64,000 nt of DNA from Octopus bimaculoides. Taxonomy: Eukaryota. The stretch covers positions 13,544,200 through 13,608,199 of the forward strand of contig NC_068992.1 of NCBI RefSeq assembly GCF_001194135.2, written 5' to 3'. Under the pieces are notes generated by a model that saw nothing but the letters and a program-made list of their open reading frames with translations, ran no database searches and was not told where the DNA came from. The position numbers and the translations under genes were made by a program. Within the stretch, counting starts at the first letter, position 1, and each line of letters opens with the position of its first letter. This document shows, piece by piece, positions 37,521 to 50,957 of the stretch.

Positions 37521-38580
37521 GGCGCTTATTGTATCTTCTAAACTCTTCGTCTTTTTATAACTACTATTTACATGAGTATAAGAACAAGTTTCTAAAAACC
37601 TGAACGTACTTCCCAACAGAAACAAAGCATTTCCGTCACTCATCTCGGTGTTTATCACAATAACATGATTTGATGAAATGTGAGAGTTAATTCTGCTTTT
37701 GTGTTCCTTTGCAGCGATAAAGTAATCAATAAATCAGGCAATCAGTGAAGCAATAAATTAATCAAATTCATTTCACTGGAGAATATCCACTAATCGAACA
37801 CTAATTTCACCTTAGCAGGAAATTGCAAATAGCCCGTGTGTGAATTGGCGTATATGTTTATAGGTGTATATATATGTGTGTCTGTGTGTGTGAGAGTCTG
37901 TGAGTCTATGCGGGATTGTGTAATTATGTAGTCGCAGAAGACGTCTTTATTGTCATTGTCGTTCTGCCTGGTGAAAACAACAGCCAAAACGTTATGGCTT
38001 TGTAATGTTAATGGTATACTAGGGGAATACTGCACTGTTTGAAAACCTGCCAATTTCTGTCCGTCTTTAAGAACACTGCACTCTACTGTGTCTCTTTTTC
38101 TTCACATTTTCCACACTTTTAACCGTATACCAGACATCACATTATTAACAACCAATCATTTATACATATTCGACCCCTTTACTAAAGGCGTCGTGGTAAA
38201 TATATGTATATATTGGCATCAATAATGCAACTCCCAGTGAGCAAATAATGATTCTGCTGCTGATGGGTACCTTCAATTTATTAACAGCTCATGGAGACTT
38301 CCCCAGCAGTCAGCAATCTTTTATATCCAAATTCCAAACATGTTAAACTCATGATCTAATTCCACATTGCTATAAGTAGTGCAACTTGTAATAATTATTA
38401 TCCGTCAGCCGAATTAGTACTATAAAATTTCACATGCATTCTGTTAGAATAGTGTGTGTATTTGATCTTCATTGTTGATATGCAATTTTCGTGATATTGA
38501 AGCACTTGGGTATATAAGCCTATGACCGATCGAGCTAAGGTACAACTAAGTATTTTATATTATGTATTACACTGTGTGCT

Positions 38581-38685
38581 GTGGAGGCGCAATGGCCCAG
38601 TTGTTAGGGCAGCGGATTCACTGTCATAGGATTGCGGTTTCGATTCCTAGACCAGGCGTTGTGAGTGTTTATTGAGCGAAAACAC
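38581..38685 (+). mobile_element. SINE family A head only
   Basis: GTGGAGGCGCAATGGCCCAG...GAGCGAAAACAC, joined directly to an inverted copy. Confidence 0.9.
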
Positions 38686-39132
38686 CACGTGCAAGTGGCT
38701 GAGCACTCCACAGACACGTATACCCTTAACGTAGTTCTCGGGGATATTCATCGTGACACAGTGTGACAAGGCTGACCCTTTGAATTNNNNNNNNNNTGTG
38801 AGTGTTTATTGAGCGAAAACACCACGTGCAAGTGGCTGAGCACTCCACAGACACGTATACCCTTAACGTAGTTCTCGGGGATATTCATCGTGACACAGTG
38901 TGACAAGGCTGACCCTTTGAATTACAGGCACAACAGAAACAGGAAATAAGAGTGAGAGAAAGTTGTAGTGAAAGAGTACAGCAGGGTTCGCCACCATCCC
39001 TTGCCGGAGTCTCGTGGAGAGCTTTAGGTGTTTTCGCCCAATACACACTCACAGCGCCCGGTCTGAGAATCGAAACCGTGACCCTATGACCGCGAGTCCA
39101 CTGCCCTAACCACTGGGCCATTGCGCCACCAC
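38686..39132 (-). mobile_element. SINE family A, inverted copy (includes a 127-bp duplication across a 10-N gap)
   Basis: Reverse complement of 8449-8765. 38660-38786 is identical to 38797-38923. Confidence 0.9.
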
Positions 39133-41402
39133 ACTGAGAGAATATTACAATTAAAATAAGCAAGAAAGAAATACATGAACTATATCAAGATGTTATGAAT
39201 AAATGAATTTCCATGGAAACAAAATGAGTCAATACAAAAGCAGTAACGTGATATGAACCACTCACACCCAGTCAGTAATGTAATACGCAATCGACTTGGC
39301 TACCAGCAGCTAAAGATGTGAATATATTAAATGTATATATGTATTCCTTGTAATAAACCACGTTTCATCGATTTGCTTAAATATGCGGATCTCTGACTGC
39401 AAATTGCAATTTATTGCTGTCTTCTAACATGTAACTATGAGAACGGTAATATAATGTAACAATAACGAGTGATAATATAATTTGTCAATTGCCCAATTAT
39501 TTTATGGCTATTACTAATTACCAAGCAGAACGTATAAGAACGAAGAGGTTTACTAATATTTAAAACAAACCGAAATTTAACTACAGTTCTTTAATTGGGT
39601 ATACCATTTACATTGGAATATATGAAACGTTAAGCATCGATGAGCGTGTTAGTTTCCAGAGAAAACGAATATATGATCCATATGTTCATTGAAATTATCT
39701 GAACTAAATTAATATCGCTAATGCTTTCACTGTAATGCATGAACGACACAACGTCTCATTTACCCTGTTTAAGAATTCTCAATAAGTTTTGCAGAGATAT
39801 GTGTGGTTGGATTGCGGCTATAGCATATGGGCAGCTTCTATTGCAGGTATCAGATTTGAGACAGACATGCCGGTAATCTATTAAATGTAACTTTTACGGC
39901 GTCAAAGTTAACTGAACAATAAAAACGGAATGAATTACCTTTATGCATAAACTTATATATGAATTTACAGCAGTGAAGTTTTAAGAAGCAACACTCTCCT
40001 CGAAGCCACAAACAGAAACATGGGATAATCTATTGCACAAGTGATATATTAAAGCATGCAGATCCACGGCGAATCGGGTTTCTATCTGACACTAATTTAA
40101 CCTTGTCAGTTTCAGATTACTGATATATTACAATATATTACGCTATTGTTTTATTGAATTCTGGAGTAGAGCAAGTGAATGCTGTAAAGTGTACATTTCG
40201 TAAGTGAAGTGTGACATAATGTGATACGCTGCATGAATGAGAACTTTATGTAAGCCAATAGGTATTGATGTTTGTCTACATATATATATAGTCTTGATAT
40301 GCAATGCAAAATCTAAGTAAGGCATAATCTGTAATGTTACTGGGAATATGTAACAGCGCGTTTATAAGTGAGCTAAATATTTCATATAGTACGAATAACA
40401 GGAAATAATATTCACAATCAACTAAGTGGTAGCCACTATATTGAACAGACACGTATCTGACAAATACACACATACACATACAGAAGCTTACACTCACACA
40501 GAGATGGGTGGACAAACAGATTGACAGACATATACATAGACATACACACATACATATATACATTTATATATATACACGTAAAGTAAGTATGCACACATGC
40601 ATACATACAACCTATATTTATACGTACGTACATACATACTTNNNNNNNNNNNNNNNNNNNNNNNNNNNNNNNNNNNNNNNNNNNNNNNNNNNNNNNNNNN
40701 NNNNNNNNNNNNNNNNNNNNNNNNNNNNNNNNNNNNNNNNNNNNNNNNNNNNNNNNNNNNNNNNNNNNNNNNNNNNNNNNNNNNNNNNNNNNNNNNNNNN
40801 NNNNNNNNNNNNNNNNNNNNNNGCTCTCAGTGCAACATTTCTTATAAGAGAAAAAACAAATCGTAATCTAACGAACGTGATTACATAGTACCTATTCTGC
40901 AGCCAGTCTTACTAGATATTATGCTGTGTACTCACTTGAAGCAACACTCTTAAGCATAAGTTTCAAAACCTCTAGCAACTAGTTATTAGCATCATAATGC
41001 GTAACCAAAATCATAATACACACATATATACATACGTATCTCTTCTCTCACTCCTTGTATATATCTGTGTGTGTGTGTGTTTCTGTATCTTTATCTGTCT
41101 GTGTGCCTCTGTGCGTGTCTGTGTGTCAGCGTGTGTAACCATACATGTGTTCTGCAAAACAGAGACTAAGAAGTATAACTGAAAGCCGCAATCGTGGTTT
41201 AGCATATATAGAAACATATTCTTATATAGTATTGTAGAGCAGGAGTTGGAAGATGTAAAGCATACTCTTTTTCATAAGCCAATATTTAGACAGGATGATT
41301 TGCTATACGAAGATCGTAAATTCGTGGATAACCTGCAGGGCGTATCGGTGATCTTGGCGGTTTGTCAAGGTGTATAATTATATATTTTATATATATATAT
41401 AT

Positions 41403-42287
41403 NNNNNNNNNNNNNNNNNNNNNNNNNNNNNNNNNNNNNNNNNNNNNNNNNNNNNNNNNNNNNNNNNNNNNNNNNNNNNNNNNNNNNNNNNNNNNNNNNN
41501 NNNNNNNNNNNNNNNNNNNNNNNNNNNNNNNNNNNNNNNNNNNNNNNNNNNNNNNNNNNNNNNNNNNNNNNNNNNNNNNNNNNNNNNNNNNNNNNNNNNN
41601 NNNNNNNNNNNNNNNNNNNNNNNNNNNNNNNNNNNNNNNNNNNNNNNNNNNNNNNNNNNNNNNNNNNNNNNNNNNNNNNNNNNNNNNNNNNNNNNNNNNN
41701 NNNNNNNNNNNNNNNNNNNNNNNNNNNNNNNNNNNNNNNNNNNNNNNNNNNNNNNNNNNNNNNNNNNNNNNNNNNNNNNNNNNNNNNNNNNNNNNNNNNN
41801 NNNNNNNNNNNNNNNNNNNNNNNNNNNNNNNNNNNNNNNNNNNNNNNNNNNNNNNNNNNNNNNNNNNNNNNNNNNNNNNNNNNNNNNNNNNNNNNNNNNN
41901 NNNNNNNNNNNNNNNNNNNNNNNNNNNNNNNNNNNNNNNNNNNNNNNNNNNNNNNNNNNNNNNNNNNNNNNNNNNNNNNNNNNNNNNNNNNNNNNNNNNN
42001 NNNNNNNNNNNNNNNNNNNNNNNNNNNNNNNNNNNNNNNNNNNNNNNNNNNNNNNNNNNNNNNNNNNNNNNNNNNNNNNNNNNNNNNNNNNNNNNNNNNN
42101 NNNNNNNNNNNNNNNNNNNNNNNNNNNNNNNNNNNNNNNNNNNNNNNNNNNNNNNNNNNNNNNNNNNNNNNNNNNNNNNNNNNNNNNNNNNNNNNNNNNN
42201 NNNNNNNNNNNNNNNNNNNNNNNNNNNNNNNNNNNNNNNNNNNNNNNNNNNNNNNNNNNNNNNNNNNNNNNNNNNNNNNNNNNNNNN
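41403..42287. other. Assembly gap, representative of many N-runs (e.g. 1451-1867, 5399-6130, 15885-16502, 36719-37488), almost all flanked by (TA)n or (TG)n
   Basis: Runs of N. All ORFs spanning them are artefacts. Confidence 0.99.
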
Positions 42288-42344
<57 letters not shown>

Positions 42345-43014
42345 GATTTGACATACACACACTGAATGAATAAAGATCAGTTTTTATTGAGATGCTTTTT
42401 TGTTTCAAAATTCGATAAAATGTATTCTGAGAATATCATTTATTTATGAATGGTTGAATTTGAACTCACTTTCCTTTTGGTCCAGGCACTGCTGATAATA
42501 TCAAGAAGGATATCGTCTGTTATTTGCGCACATTTTCGTTTAATGGCTGCCCTCAAATCGCCAACTTTGCAGCTTTTGTACTATCAACTTGTACTACTTA
42601 AACAAGTGCTCGCATGAAGATAGCTATAGTGGAGGTTTGTATTGTGTTATAGAGTTGATGTGATTTCATCGCCTAATGGTTTGTTTGTTGCACTCTCGAT
42701 CGCGAGATCGTCGTTTCACTTCCTAGACAGGGTGGCACGTTGTGTTTTTGAGCAAAACTTTTTATTTTATATTGCTGGACGATTACTTCAGCACCTTTTA
42801 CTAGACCACATGTGGCACACTGTGCCACTGTTCAAGCAACGATGATTTGACAGAGGGCGTATGTTAATGTACAGCACATACATTTGATCACTCATTTGTG
42901 CAAGTCGTTCGGCATGCGCTAAACACTCATACGTTGTCTTCGGCGTGAGAGTTCATCATATATACTACACATATAATACATATATTATTATCATCATCAT
43001 CATCATCATCATCA

Positions 43015-43072
<58 letters not shown>

Positions 43073-43098
43073 CATAATCATCGTCATTATGTATACAT

Positions 43099-43165
<67 letters not shown>
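43099..43165. repeat. (ATAG)n tetranucleotide microsatellite, preceded by (ATC)/(ATT)n
   Basis: Directly visible. Confidence 0.95.
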
Positions 43166-44369
43166 NNNNNNNNNNNNNNNNNNNNNNNNNNNNNNNNNNN
43201 NNNNNNNNNNNNNNNNNNNNNNNNNNNTATATATATATATATATATATGCACACACAAGTATATGCAGGTGGGTGTATACAGAGACATATTCTTCTCCAC
43301 AAATATTCGTATTTGTTTCGTACACAACGCCTCTACGTTAAGCCTTTTATGCCCATTTAATATGTAATGCTTCACAATCAAAGGAAATGCGTTACTTCAT
43401 TTGCACAAACTAAAAACAATATAACATTCCACACAACATAGCTTCTAAACTACGATGAACATTTCCCCTTAATTAAGGTTAATATAAAACTGCCGAGTGC
43501 TGTAACATAAATTTCTCTGAGCACGTAATTGGCTACCAAAACTGTTGCGCTTTGCTTGCTTTGTAAAATCCTATTTACATCCATTAGAATTATTAGCCTT
43601 TATTGTTAGCCAATGATTAGTGTCTTTCGATTTGGAATGCCATACTTCGTTTTAACATCAGGTTTTTATGTGTGTTACTGTTTGAGTTCCTGTATGTGAG
43701 TGTGCGTGCGGTTATGTGTGTATTGGGAAGGCGGTGAACGTATACAGGGCTGAAAAGAAATTCCGTAAGCTATATATATTTTGAGCATAATGCCCATATC
43801 AGAAACAGTTTAGTAATATCAGGCTGTGTGAGCGGTAGTGAGTAGATAGCCCACGGTTGTGTGTATTGTGAGCAGTCTTGTTGGAAGTAATTGCCTGTAT
43901 TGAAGCTAGTGACTATAGTGGCGAACGTTAACAATCGTCGTAGAGGTGCAACGACGGTGAACAACTTATACAAGCGATCAGTTTAGACCACAGCGTTTAT
44001 TAATCTCCATCTTGAGTTAATTATTTGACAAAGATACTATGGTGCGGAGATTTCCAGCATCCAATATTTTTCCCTGGGGGCAATATGGAAATGTCTACGT
44101 CGTTAGAAGTAGTATCATATTTCCGGATGTATTTGCGGATGTAAGATATATATATATGTTTTTCTTTTGTCAGGTGTTCCATTAACTAAACTTGGCGTGG
44201 CCTGATCGTACCTCCAATGTAATGGTAGCCGAAGCTGGAACACCATAGCTTAGATTGCCACTCAATTCCGCAGGATGTTCAAATTGCTGTCTGAAATGGA
44301 CACTCCGAGTAGGCTCCTCGAATGTCAAGGCTTTCCTTGCGGATGGCCTTTTGCTGAGCAGTAAATAGA

Positions 44370-44940
44370 TCTCTAGTTGAAGTATGGTATCGACGTAAAA
44401 CTGATGCCAGTAAGATTTCGCCTGCATCACTTTTATCTGTGCAGAATATTGATAAGAGACACTGGGTACGCGCTGACCCGTGAAATGTTGAGGAAATGCA
44501 TGATTTCGGTGATCCAACTAGCATTATCACGGTATATCTGTTATGAATGCTGGCATTCTCATTCTGCATATATACATTTTGGGAGCTAATCGGAAGGAAA
44601 TACTCGAAGTGAAAGAACAAAGCTCAACTGTTCACATTTCAGTAGAATACGTGGTAAACCTTTCCCTCGTCCTCGAAGTTTAATTGGGAGTTTAATTGGG
44701 AGTTTAATTGGGAGTAATAACAATCGTCGTAGTGGTCGATTGCGAACTCAGAGTGTCCTGGTTTAGGACAGTAAACTTGAGAGCTTACAGGCCATATCTA
44801 TTTGGACCGGCTGGAGCACATACCACTCAGTTCCTGCCACTCACCAGTTATGTGGATGACATCCTCATGTTTACAAATTTTCGTGTGGAGGCCACCACAA
44901 AACTGGAACCTTCATTTGCCTAAACCCGTCTTAATTCAGG
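44370..44940 (+). pseudogene. Possible decayed non-LTR reverse transcriptase remnant
   Basis: LPLTSYVDDILMF (a YxDD-like motif) near 44835-44875, in GC-richer sequence. The flanks cannot be aligned confidently by eye. Confidence 0.35.
44677..44714. repeat. 12-bp tandem repeat (AGTTTAATTGGG) x3
   Basis: Directly visible. Confidence 0.9.
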
Positions 44941-45157
44941 CATTCATATATTGAACCTTTTGACTATAATGCGTTTGCTATGTATATTACCTACATAACC
45001 TCAGTCCAGCTATTTTAAATTTTAGTGTCTATGGAAAGAAACAGCAGCATACCTGCAAACAATAGCTCCTCTTTTGCGTTATGCGTGCGTCAAATTGCTT
45101 CTGCACATCAAGAAGCTGAGTGTAATTGTGAGAAATATATTCTTTTCTATTCTAGGA

Positions 45158-45330
45158 ACAGGGACCGAAATTTGGGGGGAGGGGGCCAGTCGATTAGTTC
45201 GATCCCAGTACACAGCTGGTGATTAATTTATCGACCCCGTAAGGACGAAAGCCAAAGTCTTTCTCAGCGGAATATGAGCTTAAAACGTAACGACAGACAA
45301 AATACCGGTAAGCATTTCGCCCGGCGTAAA
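45158..45330 (-). mobile_element. SINE family E
   Basis: Colinear with the other family E copies. Confidence 0.8.
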
Positions 45331-48300
45331 TCCTAAATTGTGAGAGATATATTGTAGTTCCAATGTCTGGAAATGATGCGTCAGCATCACTCATGAATCT
45401 GTTAGCATAAACCATGTGTAAATCATCACGATGGCATTCTCATTAACATATAGTGGTTTTAATTTTTGAGACGGTTTCCTCACAACGTCTTCTATAGTAG
45501 TGAACAACATGGAGGGGAGGAAATCAACATTTACTTCTTCATGTTATCTCCTTCTGACGATAGTATTTCAATGAGGTCGAATGACTGCACTGAAACAACC
45601 TCGGTGTTTTTCGTATTTTGTTGCTGTTATTGTGATTGCCATTTTGTGTTTCTCTATTTGGGATCAATATCACTATTTTTCATTCAAAGTTATTTTTAGA
45701 GAAATAGCCAGGATTTTAGAACGCAGTTGTATCTTTGATAAAAATGCTTTTCACTTAAAAAAAATATATACACCAGATAACTAGAGATATTTCTTTTTTA
45801 AAAAATCTTATTTGCATTTAATTCCAAAGTCATTTAAAATATTAGCCATATTTCTGATTACTATGATTGATAATTTTATTATTACCATGCATATCGTTTT
45901 ACATATACATAATTTGTATACATATATGTGTATGCATATATGTATANNNNNNNNNNNNNNNNNNNNNNNNNNNNNNNNNNNNNNNNNNNNNNNNNNNNNN
46001 NNNNNNNNNNNNNNNNNNNNNNNNNNNNNNNNNNNNNNNNNNNNNNNNNNNNNNNNNNNTATATATATATATATATGTATACATACATACATATACTCTT
46101 AGAAGGAGGCATGTGTTATGTGTTCAGACTATAAATCTGAATTCATTTAAAAACGAGAGATATTCTTCACATAATGTGCTTAAACAATAGTCATATGTTA
46201 AAATTTAAACTGCATTATTTTCTTTTTGATGTCATTGTCGTTCTTTTTTCTTTTTATTATCATTTTCGTTAAAACACCATTTTCAAATTTGTGTTTCTTT
46301 ATGCTTTGTTTGTTTCCTTTCTCTAATTACCATTTTATGTTCATAATGTTCATCAGTCCAATGAACAGCAAAATAACCCTACCGTTTTTGCTTTTGATTA
46401 TTTTTCCGAGCAGCCAAATGCAGTCTATTGAATGTAACAACAGCAAGTACAGAAATTAAAATGGTATAATTATCAAAGCGCGGCATCAAAATTCACTTTA
46501 TAACAGAAATTGTATTGATTATTTTTGTTTTTCTGAGTATATTGTCCGATGTTTTAGTGAAGTAAGGCACTAGATGTGAAATTTACACCTTTCTTAAAAT
46601 TGTTTCTGGTCTAAGTGAAATCTATTTGTTTGCAAAGAGACGACAGTCGCATAGCGGCTTCAATCTTCCAAGAACTTTAAACTGAAATTAACGATCCATG
46701 AACAAAACAAGAATGGTTTTTCATTTATGTGATTTTTGTGGTAGTGCAAGTGTCATGAAATAATTAAATTTCTGTTGAATATAAAAATTCTTCGCCACAT
46801 GAAACTTCTTGTCTGTACATGTCACACAGATATAATAAAGAAAATGGATGTTATAGGAACAGGACATGTCGGTTGTGTAAGTAGTAAAATGGAATACATA
46901 TTTTCAATAATGAAATTCAAATTATTTTATATCAGTTTTAACACATACAATGTCTCTTTGTTTTATCTTGCTTTGTCCCTAATATTTAGAACTGTCGCCA
47001 TCAATGACATAAATCAATGTTTTTGAAACAAAATAACATCAGTAGTGATATATATTTGTATTCAAAATATCGAAAATATTAAGAATTTCCTTGTTAGTAA
47101 TACTGGCAGCCGAAACTATTAATAACATTTTTTTAAAATTCTTACTAACTTGTTATTTACAGATTTTGAATTATAATGGAATCAAGAGAAGAATGTGTAA
47201 TATAGGTCGGGTTACAAATGTATATGTAAACTCACCGAAGAATTTACACAATTAAGAGCAAATCTAAATTCGTCATACTGCACAAACGTAATGATGGAGA
47301 GGGCCTACAGCATACTCCAAAGAGCACCTTTCAGAAGACCTGGCAGATATACAGTGTACTGTATATTTATTTGTTGACCAGTGTAGCCATTCTCGAGAAA
47401 TTCGAGGAAGAATTGGACATAAAATATACATCGAACAAAACATTTTACACCAGACCGCAATACATGGGCCAGAGCGAGATTGTCGTGACAGTACTAATTT
47501 TAGTGCTATATATGTTGATTGTAGATGTTTAAATAATACGTTTTTGGAGAAGGAGATGTTATGGACTTACATTTCCATGATTTCAATGACATGATCAGGT
47601 ACTCAGGTTCGTCTTAGCGTTGGTTACAGTTTGCATTTATTCACTCCTAGAGACATCGCCCAAGGAAATCAAATCAACACATTTCTCAAATCTGAAGACT
47701 TCTTCATTGCAACTTCAATGATCTTGCCAACTTTTTTCAGTTTCCGACTGCCTGTTGTCAATGGATCTTTCGAAACAGAAACAGTTCTCGAAACATCGTA
47801 TCAGCCACCTTTCCGTGCGGTCAGCGTTAACTTCTCAGAATTTGTCATGCAAATGATCATTTGGGAAGTGATTGTTTCCTGGAAACATCACGTAGATTAG
47901 TCGCATGAAAGAAAACTTCCCATTTCCCAGATATACGTAGAACAGTTCGCAAGGAAGTTGAAGAGGACAGATGGATTGCAATCCAAATAAAGTAGACTAT
48001 TGAGGATTTTTAGTACACCAAAATGTAGGTGACGTGTTCCATACAAAGTTTTCTAAGAGACATATAGTAAATAGCTTTGGAGGAAAATGGACGGATTCAT
48101 GACGTTAGTGTCATCATTACAGATGCATTTGGTTAAGCAGGCTGCAGAAATTAGAGAAGAAATCTGATTTTCAAAAAACAGAGATCATCCATTATTCCAC
48201 AAAGATCCTTTATGATGATCCCAGTGCGTCTGTGAGCCGTACACTTGCACTTATATATATGTATTATATAGTATATATATANNNNNNNNNNNNNNNNNNN

Positions 48301-50860
48301 NNNNNNNNNNNNNNNNNNNNNNNNNNNNNNNNNNNNNNNNNNNNNNNNNNNNNNNNNNNNNNNNNNNNNNNNNNNNNNNNNNNNNNNNNNNNNNNNNNNN
48401 NNNNNNNNNNNNNNNNNNNNNNNNNNNNNNNNNNNNNNNNNNNNNNNNNNNNNNNNNNNNNNNNNNNNNNNNNNNNNNNNNNNNNNNNNNNNNNNNNNNN
48501 NNNNNNNNNNNNNNNNNNNNNNNNNNNNNNNNNNNNNNNNNNNNNNNNNNNNNNNNNNNNNNNNNNATATATATATATATATATATATATACAGGTGAGT
48601 TACGTTAAAAGTATTTAATGCCCATTCTTTTGTTTTTGACGTTAATTGACCAATAACATCCTCTAACTGTCCAGACTATTCCTTCTCCTGATCTGGAGTT
48701 GTTTCCGGTATGTCACCTATATATAATGCTAAGTAAATTACATAGGAATTCAGTGATAAATAATAAACTAAAGTTAACAGTTATTATTTTAGTTCTATAA
48801 CTTCGTTATTTTCAATTCTATTTCTTACTTTTTATTAATATTTTACGACCTAACCAAAATACTCCTATAGTTATTATATACTTAACCCACGACGGCAGTA
48901 GCCTTCCGCTCGTATATAGGAATGTCCCAGAAAGTAATAAATCTATTCCAATTTTGTAGCTAAATTTTATTCAGTCGAAATGTTCCCAGAGGGATAGCAT
49001 GTAACATGGATATATCCTTACTTTCTCGTTTTCTCTATCTTTTTCTTACCTTTTTTCCTTTACTTTCTCGATCTGATGAAGTTCCACTATTTAAATTGGT
49101 ATAATTAATTACTTACAATGATAATTATTATTATTGTAGTAGTTAAGCATGAGAATAGCACTAACAGAAACAGCTGTCAGATTTTGTCTTTTTATGATCA
49201 ATAAATCATAATTAAAGTTTATCAATTATCAATCATCAATTTTATCTCCATTTTCTCTTTTCCTTATATATTTGTGTGCGTGTATTTGTGTATTTGTGTG
49301 TGTGTTCGCGCACGTGTGTGTGACTGTGTACATGTACGTATGCGTGAATGTTTCGAAAATTGCCTAATAGACAAACAACAAGGCACGAGACGTCTCTCAT
49401 TTTGTTTCGAAATCAAGGAAAGATAATTAAATGAATAATTTACAGCCGTAAGGAGTTACTAAGCAGCAGAACAACTGGGTATTTCGTCCGCGAAACTTAA
49501 ATTAGACTTCAGTTTCTCAAGGAAAGAAATGCGCTTGTAAATTACAAACGTCTTGTACACAACAAGATCGATATATATTCTTTCGTATGGTAACAAAATA
49601 GAAGCAGCGAAACCTGAAATTCATAGCAGCGAGACTATGAGAAAGTAGGTACATGTGTCACGTGATCGGTTTGTTATTTTTGAGGCGATGGTTACTAGGA
49701 TTTCTTTATTTTGGACTCAGCAAAACGTGAGCATTAACAAAATGGCGACATCCGTGGCGATAACCACAACGTCAACGTTCACGACATCGATGACAATAAC
49801 GACGACGACGATGATGATGATGATGATGATGATGATGGTGATGATGATGGTGATGATGATGATTAGGAGGAGAAGGAAAAGAAATCGCAAAGCGTCTCGG
49901 TGTGTTTTTTTCTTATGACATTTTTAAAACCCAGAACACTGCGCGTAGACATCTTGAAAGTAGAATTTTGTTCTCAGGAACAACAGCATCTCCATCAATG
50001 AAAAAGTCACAAATTTAATGACTACCATCGCGATTCACTGCTGTGTAGTAATATCATTTAATGAGTCAAATGAATGCCAATTTGCCCAAGTTACATTTAG
50101 AGCAAACATGGAATCTGTCACTTATTTCTACTGAATCAAGTAATAGTCCTGTTTTTCGCTTATAGCGACGAGACTTTCCGCTGTGGTTTTAACAATCTAA
50201 AGTTCAATGGAGTGAGACGCAAATTCGTAAAAAGCAAATAAAAACGCACAAATACTGTCTATACTTTATTTTATAAAGAGGTTTTATTGCTCAAGACACA
50301 GCACTGGTGACCGTATACGAACTATCGACACCAAAGCTGATGCATTTTTTCAGTCAGTATCCTTGAAATTGTCTCGTCGTGGTTATTTTTAAACCGTTTC
50401 TATTTATTCGATTTTTTTCATATAACCAAGTGTGGTGAACTCTTAGTGACTGTATGGCTGAATGTCTTGGTTGTTTACCATAATGATGAATTAATTTTTC
50501 GTCCAGTGTTATAAAATTGTAACTTTATCAAACCACTGAATATTAATGAGACACTGAAGTAGAAAGCAATAAAAAAACTATGCGAATAAATTCATCTCTG
50601 ACTGATTTTTATGGTGGAATTTAGGTTCAATGTTTCTATATTTTGTTTGGGTTATTTCTTGTGTTTTTCGTTTGTTTGAATTGTAATTAGAATTTCTTTT
50701 TAAGTTGTTTTCATTTATATACTTTGTTTTTTTTTTATTATACGTTTCACTCATTCTTGAACTTCTACTGTTCTTAAGCAACCTAAAGATAAAATACAAA
50801 AATGAGAAAAAATATTAGAATTGTCTTCATGCTGTTAAATATATATGCTGTATATATATG

Positions 50861-50957
<97 letters not shown>

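Noticed and set aside
38660-38923. 127-bp exact direct repeat
   Set aside because: Identical copies flank a 10-N placeholder gap, typical of an unmerged contig overlap.
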